A stretch of DNA of 64,000 nt from an uncultured Acidobacteriota bacterium (lineage in GTDB: Bacteria > Acidobacteriota > Vicinamibacteria > Marinacidobacterales > SMYC01), in the NCBI GenBank assembly GCA_963820855.1, contig CAWGBY010000009.1, positions 400,034 through 464,033 of the forward strand, in the 5' to 3' direction. The notes under the pieces were generated by a model, which was given only the letters and a program-made list of their open reading frames with translations, had not been told where the DNA came from and ran no database searches. Positions 21,798 through 33,747 of this stretch are shown here, one piece after another; within the stretch, counting starts at the first letter, position 1, and each line of letters starts with the position of its first letter. The position numbers were made by a program, and so were the translations under genes.

Positions 21798-23178
21798 AAT
21801 CGACGGCGGGTGAGTTGGCGCGCCTCGCGGGAGGAATTCTCGAGGCCGGCACGCCTTCCGACCCGTTCGAGGGAGGGGTATCCATCGACAGCCGCACCCT
21901 CCGCCGCGGGGACCTCTTCTTCGCCATCGCCGGACCGCGCCACGACGGCCACGATTTTCTCCGCGAGGTGGTCGAGAAGGGGGCCACGGGTGTCGTGATC
22001 CACAAGCGAAGCGATGTCCCGCCGCGCGCGTTCGCGATCCGCGTCGAAGACACCACGCGCGCGCTCCAGGAGCTCGCGGGAGGCTTCCGCAGAAGCCGCG
22101 CAGTCCGGGTGGTTGCGATCACCGGCAGCATGGGAAAGACCACCACCAAGGAGGCGGCGGCGACCGCGATCGCAAGCGCCCGCAGCGTGCTGAAGTCGGA
22201 AGGCAATCTGAACAATTTCTACGGACTTCCCCTGTCGCTGCTGCGGCTCGAGAACGAGGAGATCGCGGTCCTCGAAATGGGAATGTCCGCTCCTGGAGAA
22301 ATCGCGCGTCTCACCGAGATCGCGAGGCCCGACGTGGGGGTGCTCACCAACGTCGCCGAGGTGCACCTGGAGTTCTTCGGAACGGTTTCCGCCATCGCCG
22401 ATGCCAAGGGCGAGCTCTTTCGCGGGCTACCCGAAGGAGCGACCGCCGTGGTCAACGCCGACGACCCGCTGGTCCTGGAACAGGCGCGCGGTTTCTCCGG
22501 AACGCAGCTCCGCTTCGGAATCGAGGGAGAAGCCGACCTGCGGGCCTCGGCCATCCGAAGCGACCCCCGAGGGACTGCGCTTCACCGCGATCTTCCGCGG
22601 CGAGGAAGAGGAGATTGCGACCGTTCTTCGAGGACGGCACAACGTGTACAACCTCCTCGGAGGTCTCGCGGCCGCGAGCGCTCTCGACGTGCCCTTCCGG
22701 GACGCAGCCCGTGCCCTTTCCCGGCTCCGTCCGGCAACCCATCGCGGCGAGCGGCTGGATTTCGGAGGCGGGTTCGTTCTCCTCGACGAGACTTACAACT
22801 CCAACCCCCGCGCCCTTCGCGCGGCGCTCGCGTCGCTCTGCGAGGAGCGAGCCCTCCGGCGCATCGCGGTCGTGGGGGACATGCGGGAGCTGGGAGAAAA
22901 GGGAGCCGAGCTTCACCGTGAAGTGGGGCGCTTCGCCGCGGCGCTTCCCATCGATCGCCTCATCGGCGTCGGCCCGCTCGCTCGCGACCTCATCGCGGGA
23001 GCGCGCGGATGCCGGCGCGTGCCTGTCGCGGCTGAGCGCCGTCGAAAACGCCGAGGAAGCGGGGAAGCTCCTGCTTCGAGAGCTGCGCGAGGGTGACGTG
23101 GTCCTCCTGAAAGCCTCGCGAGGGATCGGGCTCGAGCGCGCGATCGAGACGGTGCGCCGCGGAGCGAAGGAGAAGTGA
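21794..23178 (+). CDS. murF: UDP-MurNAc-pentapeptide synthetase (indels near 22565 and 23008)
   Basis: IDSR, ITGSMGKTTTKE, GNLNN..GLP, EMGM, DETYNSNP, GDMRELG, LKASRG across three frames. Confidence 0.93.
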
Positions 23179-24264
23179 TGCTCTATCACCTCCTCTATCC
23201 GCTCCACACGCAGTACAGCTTTCTCAACGTGTTCCGCTACGTCACGTTCCGGACCGCCTGCGCGACCCTGACCGCTCTCGCCATCTCGTTCTTTCTCGGT
23301 CCCTGGCTCATCGCGCGGCTCCGGCAGTTCCAGATCGGGCAGCACATCCGTCAGGAAGGTCCGGAGACGCATCGCTCGAAAGCGGGGACACCCACCATGG
23401 GCGGCGTTCTCATCCTGACGGCCATTGCCGTGCCGACGCTCCTCTGGGCGAACCTCGGAAGCACTTTCGTCTGGTTGGCGCTCGGTACGACGATCGCCTT
23501 CGGCATCGTGGGCTTCGCCGATGACTACCGGAAGGTCGTGAAGAAGCGCTCGCTCGGACTGTCGGCGCGGGCGAAGTTCCTTCTCCAGACTGCGTCCGCC
23601 CTGGTGGTGGGCCTGACGCTCTATCTCGATGTCCCGAGAGGGCGACTTCTCGACGGTCATCCTTTTTCCCTTCGTGAAGGAGCTCCGGCCCGACCTGTCG
23701 TGGTTCTTCGTTCCCTTCGCCGTCCTCGTGATCGTGGGAGCGTCGAACGCGGTGAACCTCACCGACGGGCTCGACGGCCTCGCCATCGGAACGGTGCTCA
23801 TCGTCGCCTCGACGTATACCGTCCTGACCTACGTCACCGGACACGCGCAGTTCTCCGCCTATCTCGACCTGATCCACATCCCGAGAATCTGGGAGCTCAC
23901 CATCTTCGGCGGCGCGATGGTGGGGGCGAGCCTGGGGTTTCTCTGGTTCAACTCCTATCCGGCGCAGGTGTTCATGGGCGACGTGGGGTCGCTCGCTCTC
24001 GGAAGCGCCATCGGGACCATGGCCCTCCTCATCAAGCAGGAGATTCTCCTGACCCTCGTCGGCGGCGTCTTCGTTCTCGAGGCGCTCTCGGTGATCATTC
24101 AGGTCGCGTCGTTCAAGCTCACCGGCAAGCGGGTATTCCGCATGGCGCCGCTCCACCACCATTTCGAGCTCGCGGGCTGGAGCGAGCCCAAGGTGATCGT
24201 GCGGTTCTGGATTCTGGGGGTCATGTTCGCTCTCGCGAGCCTGACCACCCTGAAGTTGAGATGA
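23178..24264 (+). CDS. mraY: Phospho-MurNAc-pentapeptide transferase (indel near 23630)
   Basis: [43 protein letters not shown]. Confidence 0.96.
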
Positions 24265-24282
24265 GGAGAATGCAGGCGGGTC

Positions 24283-25685
24283 GTGACGCCAATGAGGCCA
24301 ATCAGCGAAGACTATCGGGGTCGGAGCGTCCTGGTGGTGGGGCTCGGTCTCTCGGGAGTCGCGGCCTCGCGAGCTCCTCCGGTCCCGGGGAGCGGTGGTA
24401 ACCGGCGGCGGACCGGCGGACGCGGGAGGAGCTCTCGCAGGAGGCGCTCGCTCTCGAGGCGGACGGAGTCCGCTTGCACCTCGGCTCGCATCCGCCGACG
24501 CTCTTGTCGGGAGTGGACCTCGTGGTCGCGAGCCCGGGCGTGAGAACCGACTCGCCGATACTTCAGGAGGCTCGCGCGCGCGGCGTTCCGGTCTGGGGCG
24601 AGCTCGAGCTCGGCTTTCGCGAAGCTCGAGGAGTCGTTGTCGCGATCACCGGCACCAAGGGGAAGTCCACCACGGCGTCTCTCCTCGCGGCGATGCTGCG
24701 AGCGGCGGGGCGGGACACGCGGCTCGCGGGGAACATCGGCGCACCACTGGTGACGGAGCTTTCGGGAAGCTCCGAGCAAACGGTCTTCGTCGTCGAGGTC
24801 TCGAGCTTTCAGCTCGAGACCATCGCATCGTTCCGTCCACGGGTCGCGGTGCTCCTCGACGTCACCCCCGATCACCTGGACTGGCATCCCGACTTTCCGG
24901 CGTACGTCGCCGCCAAGGCCCGCATCTTCGAAAACCAGCGGGAAGAAGACGCGGCCCTGGTCTTCGGCGGAAATCGATTGACGGTGTCCATGGCTGAAAA
25001 AGCGAAATCGAAGAAGTGGTACTTCGACCTGGACTGTGTCGGACTCCGTCCGGGCTCTCTCCGCACTTCCACCTGAACGAGCCCTGGATCGTGAAGCACG
25101 AGAACGGGGCGACCGAGCCCCTGGCCTCCCTCGAGGAGTTTCAGCTCGTGGGAAGGCACAACCGCTTGAACGCGATGGCCGCTTCGGCCGCCGCGGCCCT
25201 TCTTGGAGTCGCGGGGGACGAGATCGAGGACGCGCTCTCGCACTTCCAGGGTCTTCCCCACGCGCTCGAGAAAGTGGCGGAGGTGGACGGAGTGCGGTTC
25301 TACAACGACTCCAAGGCTACCAACGTGCAGGCGGTGGGAGCCGCGCTCGAGAGCTTCGACGGCGGAATCCTGCTGATCCTGGGCGGGCGCTTCAAGGGCG
25401 GGGATTTGCGGCAACTGCGCGATCTGGTGGCGCGCAAGGTGAAGCGCGTATTCGCCATCGGCGAGAGCCGGGATATGGTGCGTGACGCCCTGGAGGGGAC
25501 CGCGCCCATCGAGATGGCCAAGGACCTGGAGTCGGCGGTCGAAGCGAGCCCACCGGAGTGCTTCACCCGGAGACGTGGTGCTGCTCTCGCCCGCGGGCTC
25601 GAGCTTCGACATGTTCCGCGACTATCGCGAACGCGGGGAACGATTCCGGGCGGCGGTCGAGAGGCTCGCCGCGGGGAGGGAGTGA
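24283..25685 (+). CDS. murD: UDP-MurNAc-L-Ala-D-Glu ligase (several indels)
   Basis: [56 protein letters not shown]. Confidence 0.93.
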
Positions 25686-25688
25686 GGG

Positions 25689-26781
25689 GTGGCTTCGAAG
25701 CTCTCTCCCGACCGGACGCTCTTCATCGCGGCCATCGCCATCGTGGGCTTCGGCGTCGTCATGCTCTTCAGCGCGTCGTCGGTCGTGGCCCTCGAGTCGC
25801 ATCGGAGCCCCTATTTCTTCGTCGTGAAGCAGGGCACGTGGGCGGCGTTGGGCGTCCTCGTGATGATGGTGCTGGCCCGGATCGACTATCGAAAGTGGAA
25901 ACGTCCGGCGGTGGTCTACGGGCTTCTGGGCGTGACGTTCCTGCTGCTGGTCGCCGTCCTCTTCAGTCCGCCACTCAACAATGCCCACCGCTGGATTCGG
26001 CTGGGTCTGGTCTCATTCCAGCCTTCGGAGCTCGCGAAGATCGCGCTCGTTTTGACGCTCGCCCACCAGCTCGACCGCAAGAGCGAACGTCTCGAGGACT
26101 TCTGGTCCGGGCTGGTTCCCGTCGCTTCTGGTAACCGGGCTCCTCGCTTTCCTGGTGCTCATCGAGCCCGACTACGGGACGGCGTTCTGTCTCGTGTTCA
26201 TCGGATTCTGTCTCTTCTTCGTGTCCGGGGTTCCGCTCGGCCAGCTCACGCTCCTCTCGCTCTCTTCGACGCCGCTCCTCCTCTGGCTCATCTTCAGCGA
26301 GGACTACCGGCGCGAGCGGTTCCTGATCTTCTTCGATCCGGATCAGGATCCCCTGGGGAAGGGCTTCCAGATCCTTCAGTCCCTCATCGCCGTGGGCTCG
26401 GGCGGGGTCCTCGGAAAGGGCTTCATGGCGAGCCAGCAGAAGCATTTCTATCTTCCCGAGCCGCACTCCGACTTCATCTTCGCCGTCGTCGGCGAGGAGC
26501 TCGGTCTTTTGGGAGGGCTCGCGGTCCTCTGCGGGTTTTCCATCCTGTTGTGGCGGGGGCTGCACATCGCCGACCGCGCGCCCGACCGGTTCGGCTCGCT
26601 CCTCGCGGCGGGACTCACCATGTTCCTCGTCGGCCAGGGACTCATCAACATGGGCGTCGTCCTGGGGATGCTTCCCACCACGGGGATTCCGCTTCCGTTC
26701 GTGTCCGCGGGCGGCTCGTCGCTCCTCGCGGGGATGGCCGCGGTGGGGCTCATACTCTCGGTGTCCCAGCATGCGAGGTGA
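25689..26781 (+). CDS. ftsW: SEDS peptidoglycan polymerase FtsW (indel near 26125)
   Basis: RWI..FQPSELAK, EPDYGT, YLPEPHSDFIFAVVGEELG, LPTTGIPLPFVSAGGSS. Confidence 0.95.
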
Positions 26782-26784
26782 GGC

Positions 26785-27893
26785 GTGGCCGAGACAGCTC
26801 GTCGAATGCGGCTCCTCTTCGCCGCGGGCGGCACGGGAGGACATCTCTATCCGGCCATCGCCGTGGCGCGGCGAGTGCGCGAGCTCGCGGAGGGAGCCGA
26901 AGTGATCTTCGTCGGCACCGAGAGAGGACTCGAGTCATCCATCGTTCCCGCGGCGGGGTTTCCCCTCGAGTTGGTGCGCGCCGCTCCTCTTCGCGGAGGC
27001 TCGCTCGGGCGCAAGCTTCGAGGCGTGCAGGGACTCTTCCTCGGGCTCGTCGACTCGGTGCGTCTTCTGAAGCGGCTCGATCCGCAGGCGGTCATGGGAG
27101 TCGGCGCGTACGTCTCCGGCACCGTTCTCCTCGCCGCCTCGCTCAAAGGCGATTCCGACGCTCATCCTGGAGCCGAACGCGGAGCCGGGCCTCGCGAATC
27201 GCTGGCTCGCGCCCTTCGTCGACGAAGCCGCCTGCGCCTGGGAGGAAACGACGCGGTACTTCGGAAAGAAGGGATTCGTCTCCGGAAACCCGGTTCGGCG
27301 CGAGATTGCTGTCGGTTTCCCCGCTCGGCCCACAGAGCTCGCAGCGGATGCGGCTCCTCGTCTTCGGGGGGAGCCAGGGATCGGCGGCCCTGAATCGCGC
27401 GGTCGCCGGAGCCCTTTCTCTTCTCACTCCGGAGCTCCATCGGCTCGAATGGGTCCACCAGACGGGGCCCCGCGACCTTCCGTCGGTGAGCGAGGCCTAC
27501 GCGCTCCATTCCGTGAGGGCTCTCGTGGTTCCGTACATCGACGCGATGCACGAGGCGTACGAATCCGCGGACGTGGTCATCGCCCGGGCCGGCGCCACCA
27601 CCTGCGCGGAGCTCGCCTGCGCCGGGCGGGGATCGCTCCTCCTGCCGCTCTCGCTCGCGGGAGGCCACCAAGAGCGAAACGCGGAGATGATGGCGGGAGC
27701 GGGCGCCGCTCGCTTTCTGCGCGAGAGCGATCTCGATCCCGGCCGGCTCGCGCGGGAGATCCTCGATCTCCTCGACGCGCCCCAGGAACGAGCTCGCATG
27801 GCGGCTTCGGCCAGGGCGATGGCCCGACCCGACGCGGCGGATACCGTCGCGCGCCGGCTCCTGCGGCTCACCGGAAAGGAGGTGGCGGCGTGA
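26785..27893 (+). CDS. murG: Lipid II GlcNAc transferase (indels near 27145 and 27305)
   Basis: [38 protein letters not shown]. Confidence 0.94.
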
Positions 27894-29282
27894 GTGCCCC
27901 TCTCTTTTCCAAGAAGACCCGGGTGCATTTCGTCGGAATCGGCGGCATCGGGATGAGCGGTATCGCGGAAGTGCTCGTGAACCTGGGCTATACCGTGAGC
28001 GGATCCGACCTGAAGCTCTCTCATTCGACCGCGGCCCTCCGCGCGCTCGGAGTCCGATTGCACGAGGGTCACCGCGCCGAGAACGTCGAGGGAACGGACG
28101 TGGTGGTGGTGTCCTCCGCGGTGAAGCCTTCGAACCCCGAGATCGTCGAGGCGCGCCGCCTCCAGATTCCCATCATCCCCCGAGCGGAGATGCTGGCCGA
28201 GCTGATGCGCCTGAAGTACGGCATCGCCGTCGCTGGCTCCCACGGCAAGACCACCACCACCTCGATGATCGCCGTGGTCCTCGACCGCGCCGGGCTCGAC
28301 CCCACCATGGTGATCGGAGGACGCATCACCGCGTTCGGAACCAACGCCCGGCTCGGCGACTCCGGACCTGATGGTGGTGGAAGCGGACGAGTCCGATCGA
28401 AGCTTTCTCCAGCTCTCGCCGGTGGTGGCGGTCGTCACCGGGATCGATCGGGAGCACATGGAAGCCTACCGGGACATGGGAGATCTCGAGCAGGCGTTCG
28501 TCGACTTCGTGAACAAGGTCCCCTTCTACGGGGCGTCCGTCGTTTGCCTGGACGAAGAGAGGATTCAGGACATTTTGCCGCGGATTCGGCGGCGTCACGT
28601 GACCTACGGTTTTTCGGCGCAGGCCGACGTATCGGCCGACGAAGTGAAGCTCGATGGCGCGGGCTCGTCGTATCGATTGAAGTTCTCCGGCGAGCCGGTC
28701 GCGGAGATTCGCCTGCGGGTGCCCGGCCGGGTCGCGGTCCTCAACTCGCTCGCGGCGGCTGCCGTCGCGCGGGAGGTCGGTCTCGGTCTGCCGGAGATTG
28801 GAGTGGGACTCGAATCCTTCTCGGGCGTCGAGCGGCGGTTCCAGGTGAAGGCCGATTCGGCCGGCATCCTGGTGATCGACGACTACGGACACCACCCGAC
28901 GGAGATTCGCGCGACGCTCCAGACCGCGAAGGAGGCCTTCGGGCGCCGGACGGTCGTGGTCTTCCAGCCTCACCGGTATTCGCGGGTGCAGGATCTCTTC
29001 GAGGAGTTCTGCCGGGCGTTTCATCAGGCGGATGTCCTCCTGGTGACGGAGATCTACGCCGCGGGGGAAGACGCTCTCGAGGACGTCTCGGGAAAGAAGC
29101 TCGCGGAGGGAATCGAGCGGCACGGTCATCGTCACGTGCGGTTCGTTCCGGATCTCGACGAAGCGTTCTCGGTAGTGAAAGAGGAGCTCATCCCGGGCGA
29201 CCTGGTGATGACTCTCGGGGCCGGAAGCGTGACCGGGCTTTCCGATCGGCTGGCGGAGGCAGTGCATGAGCGGGCTAGCTAA
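27890..29282 (+). CDS. murC: UDP-MurNAc-L-alanine ligase (indel near 28363)
   Basis: [51 protein letters not shown]. Confidence 0.96.
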
Positions 29283-30183
29283 CGGCACCTCCTCGCTCGC
29301 GCGGGAGCTCCGCGATGCCGGAATCGACTTCCGCATGAACGAGCCTCTTTCGCGGCATACCACCATGGGACTCGGCGGGCCGGCCGACGTTCTTGCCCGT
29401 CCGAGCTCGGTCGCCGACATGGCCACGCTCTTCGCTCTCGCCCGGGCCGAGGATCTCCCGGTGAGAATCCTGGGCGCGGGAAGCAATCTCCTCATCGACG
29501 ACGCGGGGGTTCGCGGTCTGGTGATCGCCACCGGAAACCTCGAGGGAGTTCACTTTTCCGGAGACGGGCAGGTGGAAGCGGGCGCGGGGGTCAATTTCCC
29601 TGCGCTGGTAAGGCAAACCGCGGCGAGAGGTCTTCGAGGTCTGGAAGCAGGGGTCGGCATCCCCGGCTCTCTCGGGGGCATCCTCACCATGAACGCCGGC
29701 GCCTATCAGTTCTCGATCGGGCCCATGGTGCGCGAGGTCGAAGCGGTCTCTCCGGAAAGAGGAAGAGTCGTTCTGCGCGGGCAGGAGATCGATTTTCGAT
29801 ACCGTGCTTCGTCTTTCGGCGAAAACCTCGTCGTGGCCCGGGCGAAGCTCTCACTCACGCCCGATGATGCGCTCGCGATCAAAAGAGACCTGAACCAGCA
29901 CATGCGGTTCCGGAAGGAGACTCAGCCGGTGGGAGTCAAGAGCGCCGGCTGCATCTTCAAGAACCCCGCGGGAGACTCCGCCGGACGGCTCATCGATCGC
30001 GCCGGCCTCAAAGGCTTCTCCGTCGGAGGCGCGCGGGTCTCCGAAATCCACGCCAACTTCATCGTTCACGAGGGGAAGGCGAGAACCAAGGACGTTCTCG
30101 CGCTCATCGACGCGGTGCGCGAGAGGGTGCTGCGCGAAACCTCGGTCCTCCTGGAAACGGAGGTGATGACCTGGAACCCCTGA
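29266..30183 (+). CDS. murB: UDP-GlcNAc-enolpyruvate reductase
   Basis: [53 protein letters not shown]. Confidence 0.96.
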   Translation: MSGLANGTSSLARELRDAGIDFRMNEPLSRHTTMGLGGPADVLARPSSVADMATLFALARAEDLPVRILGAGSNLLIDDAGVRGLVIATGNLEGVHFSGDGQVEAGAGVNFPALVRQTAARGLRGLEAGVGIPGSLGGILTMNAGAYQFSIGPMVREVEAVSPERGRVVLRGQEIDFRYRASSFGENLVVARAKLSLTPDDALAIKRDLNQHMRFRKETQPVGVKSAGCIFKNPAGDSAGRLIDRAGLKGFSVGGARVSEIHANFIVHEGKARTKDVLALIDAVRERVLRETSVLLETEVMTWNP

Positions 30184-31066
30184 TGGAGAAGCCGGAGAAG
30201 CCGGAAGAAGAAAGTCGATGCCGGGTCCCGAAGAGCACTTTCTTCGGGGACAGCTTCGGGTCCGCAAAGCCTCCGGACGTCTGTCGGGAGCGCGTGTCGC
30301 GCGGCTCTTCCTGTTCCTGGTCCTTTTCATCTCCGCGCTCGCGGCGGTCTGGATCGCGTTCCTTCGCGGCGGCGCGGCGGATCTGGAGATCGACCGCATT
30401 CTCGTCGAGGGAAACGAACGTCTCTCCGAGGGAGAGATTCTGGAGCTCATCGAGGTCGAGGAAGCGGCGAATATCCTCACCCTCGATCTCGACGAGACGA
30501 AGCGGAAACTTCTCCGCTCGGCCTGGGTGAAGGACGTGGAGCTGAAGCGGATGCTTCCCGCGACTCTCACCCTCGAGATCGCCGAGCGTACGCCGGTTGC
30601 GGTCGCGGCGCTCTCGGAGCTCTACCTCCTCGCCGCCGACGGCACGATTCTCGATCAGCTCCCGCCGTTCTACGACATGGGTAAGCTCGTCTTGGTTCGA
30701 GGACTCGCGGATCGCGCCGGCGCTGTGTCGGCGGATCGCGCCGCCCTCGCCGGCCGGATGGCGGAGGCGCTCCTCGCCGACGAGCGCCTTTCGCGCCTGA
30801 TCTCGGATCTAGACGTCACGGAGGGAGCCGATTCCGTGACTCTGCGGCTGCGCGAATCGCCGCTCGCTCTCCTCGTCTCGGAGGGGAGCATGGTGACGCG
30901 GCTCACGGAGGTGGTCCCGCTCCTCGAGGGGATCGCCGAGCGTCTGCCTGGATTGGAAGTTCTGGATCTCCGTTTTCAGAACCGCGTATATGCGAGATTG
31001 AACCCGACCGCGCCCGGCGAAACGCAGGGCCCGACCGTTCCCCTCGCGGGAGGTGCGCCATTCTGA
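30183..31066 (+). CDS. ftsQ: Cell division protein FtsQ (start 30183 with an indel, or 30218)
   Basis: TM helix, POTRA (VEGNERLS..WVKDVELKR.LP.TL..IAERTPVA), C-terminal LDLRF. Confidence 0.9.
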
Positions 31067-32307
31067 GCAAGAAAGAGAAATACATCGTTGGCCTCGACAT
31101 CGGGACCACCAAGGTCACGGCGATCGTGGCGGAGGTGACCGAGGAAGGACGGGTCGACATCATCGGCATCGGCTCCTCGGAATCCAAGGGAATCCGCAAG
31201 GGAGTCGTCATCAACCTCGATCAGACCGTCGACTGCATCAAGAAGGTGGTGGAGGAGGCGGAGCTCATGGCCGGCGTCGAGATCGACTCCGCGCACGTGG
31301 GCCTCGCGGGAAGCCACATCAAAGGGTTCAATAGCCGCGCTGTCGTGGCCATCACCGGTAAGAACCGGGAGATCGCGCGCGAAGACGTATTCCGCGCCAT
31401 CGACGCCGCGAAGGCCATCTCGCTTCCGACCGACCGGGAGATCATCCACGTCCTGCCCCAGGAGTTCGTGGTCGACGGGCACGATGGAATCGACGATCCC
31501 ACGGGAATGACCGGCTCGCGCCTCGAGGCGAACGTCCACATCATCACCGCGAGCGCCACCGCGACATCCAACATCGTCACCTGCGTCAACCGCGCGGGAA
31601 TGGAAGTGACGGAGTCGGTCCTGGAGCAGCTGGCCGCGGCGGAAGCGGTGCTCACTCCGGACGAGAAGGAGCTCGGAGTGGTGCTGGTCGACATCGGCGG
31701 CGGCACCACCGACCTCGCCATCTTCGACAAAGGCAGCATCTGGCATACTTCGGTGCTGCCGACGGGCGGGGACCACTTCACGAGCGACGTGGCGGTGGGA
31801 TTGCGGACTCCCATCGCGGAAGCGGAGAAGATCAAAAAGAAATACGGATGCGCTCTGGCGACGATGATCTCGGAAGAAGACACCATCGAAGTCCCGAGCG
31901 TCGGCGGGAGGAAGTCCCGAATCCTGCCGCGGCAGCTTCTTTCGGATATCATCCAGCCACGGGCAGAGGAGATCTGCCATCTGATCTACGATGAGATCAG
32001 CCGTGCGGGGTACGAGCGGGTGCTGAATTCGGGAGTGGTCTTTACCGGGGGCTCGGCGGGGCTGGAGGGCCTTGCCGAGGTCGCGGATCGGATCTTCGAC
32101 ATGCCGATCCGCTGTGGAACGCCGACCGGGGTGGGCGGGCTTCTGGACGTGGTGGCGAATCCTTCTTACGCCACTTCCGTCGGTCTCGTGCTGTATGCCC
32201 ACCGGGTGCGCGCGAACAAGCTTCTCTCGAGCGTCGCCTCGACGCCGTGGTCGAAGATCTGGGATCGAGTTCGAAAAATGGTGAACGTTTCCGTTCACCT
32301 GGCCTGA
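31063..32307 (+). CDS. ftsA: Cell division protein FtsA
   Basis: YIVGLDIGTTK upstream of the called ORF, GIRKGVVIN, VDIGGGTT, GG.HFT.D, VFTGGSA, YATSVGL, amphipathic C-terminal helix. Confidence 0.96.
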   Translation: MSKKEKYIVGLDIGTTKVTAIVAEVTEEGRVDIIGIGSSESKGIRKGVVINLDQTVDCIKKVVEEAELMAGVEIDSAHVGLAGSHIKGFNSRAVVAITGKNREIAREDVFRAIDAAKAISLPTDREIIHVLPQEFVVDGHDGIDDPTGMTGSRLEANVHIITASATATSNIVTCVNRAGMEVTESVLEQLAAAEAVLTPDEKELGVVLVDIGGGTTDLAIFDKGSIWHTSVLPTGGDHFTSDVAVGLRTPIAEAEKIKKKYGCALATMISEEDTIEVPSVGGRKSRILPRQLLSDIIQPRAEEICHLIYDEISRAGYERVLNSGVVFTGGSAGLEGLAEVADRIFDMPIRCGTPTGVGGLLDVVANPSYATSVGLVLYAHRVRANKLLSSVASTPWSKIWDRVRKMVNVSVHLA

Positions 32308-32331
32308 TTAGGTCGAAAGGGAGGATACGCA

Positions 32332-33531
32332 ATGATTCGTTTCGATGATGAAAAGCCGGGAAGCGAGCCGGGTCGGCTCGTTTTCGGGGAAGGCGCCGAG
32401 CCCACCGCCCGCATCAAGGTCATCGGAGTCGGGGGAGGCGGCGGAAACGCGGTGAATCGGATGATCGCGTCCCGGATCACCGGAGTGGAGTTCCTCGTCG
32501 CGAACACCGACCTCCAGGCGCTCAAGGCGTCTCACGCGCCCGCGCGGGTCCAGCTCGGCGCGAAGCTGACGAAGGGGCTCGGGTGCGGGGCGGATCCGGA
32601 CATCGGCCGCCAGGCAGCGCTCGAGGATACCGAGCACATCCTCGAGGCCATCGAAGGCGCCGATATGGTGTTCATCACCTGCGGACTCGGAGGCGGCACC
32701 GGAACGGGAGGCGCTCCCATCGTGGCCTCTCTCGCCGCCGAGCTCGGCGCGCTTACCGTGGCCGTGGTCACCAAGCCGTTCACCTTCGAAGGCCGCCGGC
32801 GACAGATGCAGGCCGAAGAGGGAATGCGCGAGCTGCGGGAACAGGTGGACACGCTGATCTCGATCCCGAACGATCGCCTGCTCCAGACCGTCGAGCGGTC
32901 GACGCCCCTCTCCGACGCGTTCAACGTCGCCGACGACGTCCTCCGCCAGGCGGTCCAGGGCATCTCCGATCTCATCACCGTCCCCGGTCTCATCAACCTG
33001 GATTTCGCCGACGTGCGGACGATCATGCGGGGAATGGGCGACGCGGTGATGGGAACCGGCATCGCCGAAGGAGACAAGCGCGCGGAAGAAGCGGCGCACA
33101 AGGCGATCAGCAGTCCGCTGCTGGAGGAAGCGTCCGTCAAGGGAGCGAAGGGGGTCATCATCAATATCACCGGCGGCGAGGACATGAGTCTCGTCGAGGT
33201 GAACGAAGCGTCTTCCATCATTCACGCTGAAGCGGATTCCGAGGCCAACATCATCTTCGGCGCGGTGGTCGATCCGAGGATGCTGGGGCGGATGAAGATT
33301 ACGGTCATCGCGACGGGCTTTCACCGGGTTGCGCCCGCGGTCAAGAGGACCACGGTGACTCCGGTCGACATCGCCAACTACAAGAGGCCGACGGAAATGG
33401 CGGTAGGCTCGGAAGGCTTCTATCGCAAGGGCTCGGATGGGCTCGCCATGGACCTCGACTTCGGAGCCGTCGACCACGAGGGCGGCGAAGACCTGGATGT
33501 GCCGACGTTCCTGAGGAAGGGAAAAGGGTAG
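32332..33531 (+). CDS. ftsZ: Cell division protein FtsZ
   Basis: [28 protein letters not shown]-terminal LDVPTFLR. Confidence 0.99.
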   Translation: MIRFDDEKPGSEPGRLVFGEGAEPTARIKVIGVGGGGGNAVNRMIASRITGVEFLVANTDLQALKASHAPARVQLGAKLTKGLGCGADPDIGRQAALEDTEHILEAIEGADMVFITCGLGGGTGTGGAPIVASLAAELGALTVAVVTKPFTFEGRRRQMQAEEGMRELREQVDTLISIPNDRLLQTVERSTPLSDAFNVADDVLRQAVQGISDLITVPGLINLDFADVRTIMRGMGDAVMGTGIAEGDKRAEEAAHKAISSPLLEEASVKGAKGVIINITGGEDMSLVEVNEASSIIHAEADSEANIIFGAVVDPRMLGRMKITVIATGFHRVAPAVKRTTVTPVDIANYKRPTEMAVGSEGFYRKGSDGLAMDLDFGAVDHEGGEDLDVPTFLRKGKG

Positions 33532-33538
33532 AACAGCC

Positions 33539-33572
33539 GACAGCGATCAGCCGTCAGCAGCTCATCGCTGTC
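33539..33572 (+). terminator. Stem-loop after ftsZ
   Basis: GACAGCGAT / ATCGCTGTC inverted repeat 8 bp after the stop, between convergent genes. Confidence 0.5.
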
Positions 33573-33747
33573 CGTTGCCGGACTCGAAGTCCGCGCCCTA
33601 GTGTCGGGAGCGTTCAGGGTCTCGGCTGAACTGGATTCCTGTCGAGAGCGTAGATCACGGACCTATCCTCGAAAGCCCCGCACATCGAATCGCCACGTCC
33701 GCGACTCCCGGCTCTATATACGTTGGTCGCTGAGGATTCGCCGTCCT

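Noticed and set aside
20140-22921. Apparent FtsI-MurE or MurE-MurF fusion (879-aa ORF 20282-22921)
   Set aside because: The long ORF is the murE N-terminus, an off-frame Arg-rich middle and the murF N-terminus joined by an indel; murE has its own stop at 21797 overlapping a TTG start.
25689-27893. Apparent FtsW-MurG fusion (734 aa)
   Set aside because: The middle is off-frame; the true ftsW C-terminus ends at 26781 and murG starts separately.
18198-29282. Pseudogenised cell-wall cluster or programmed frameshifting
   Set aside because: Indels hit essential and accessory genes alike, motifs are intact and no slippery heptamers recur; sequencing error is the simplest explanation.
30183-30220. 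Absence of ddl between murB and ftsQ as a novelty
   Set aside because: ddl is often located outside the dcw cluster; it cannot be judged from one window.
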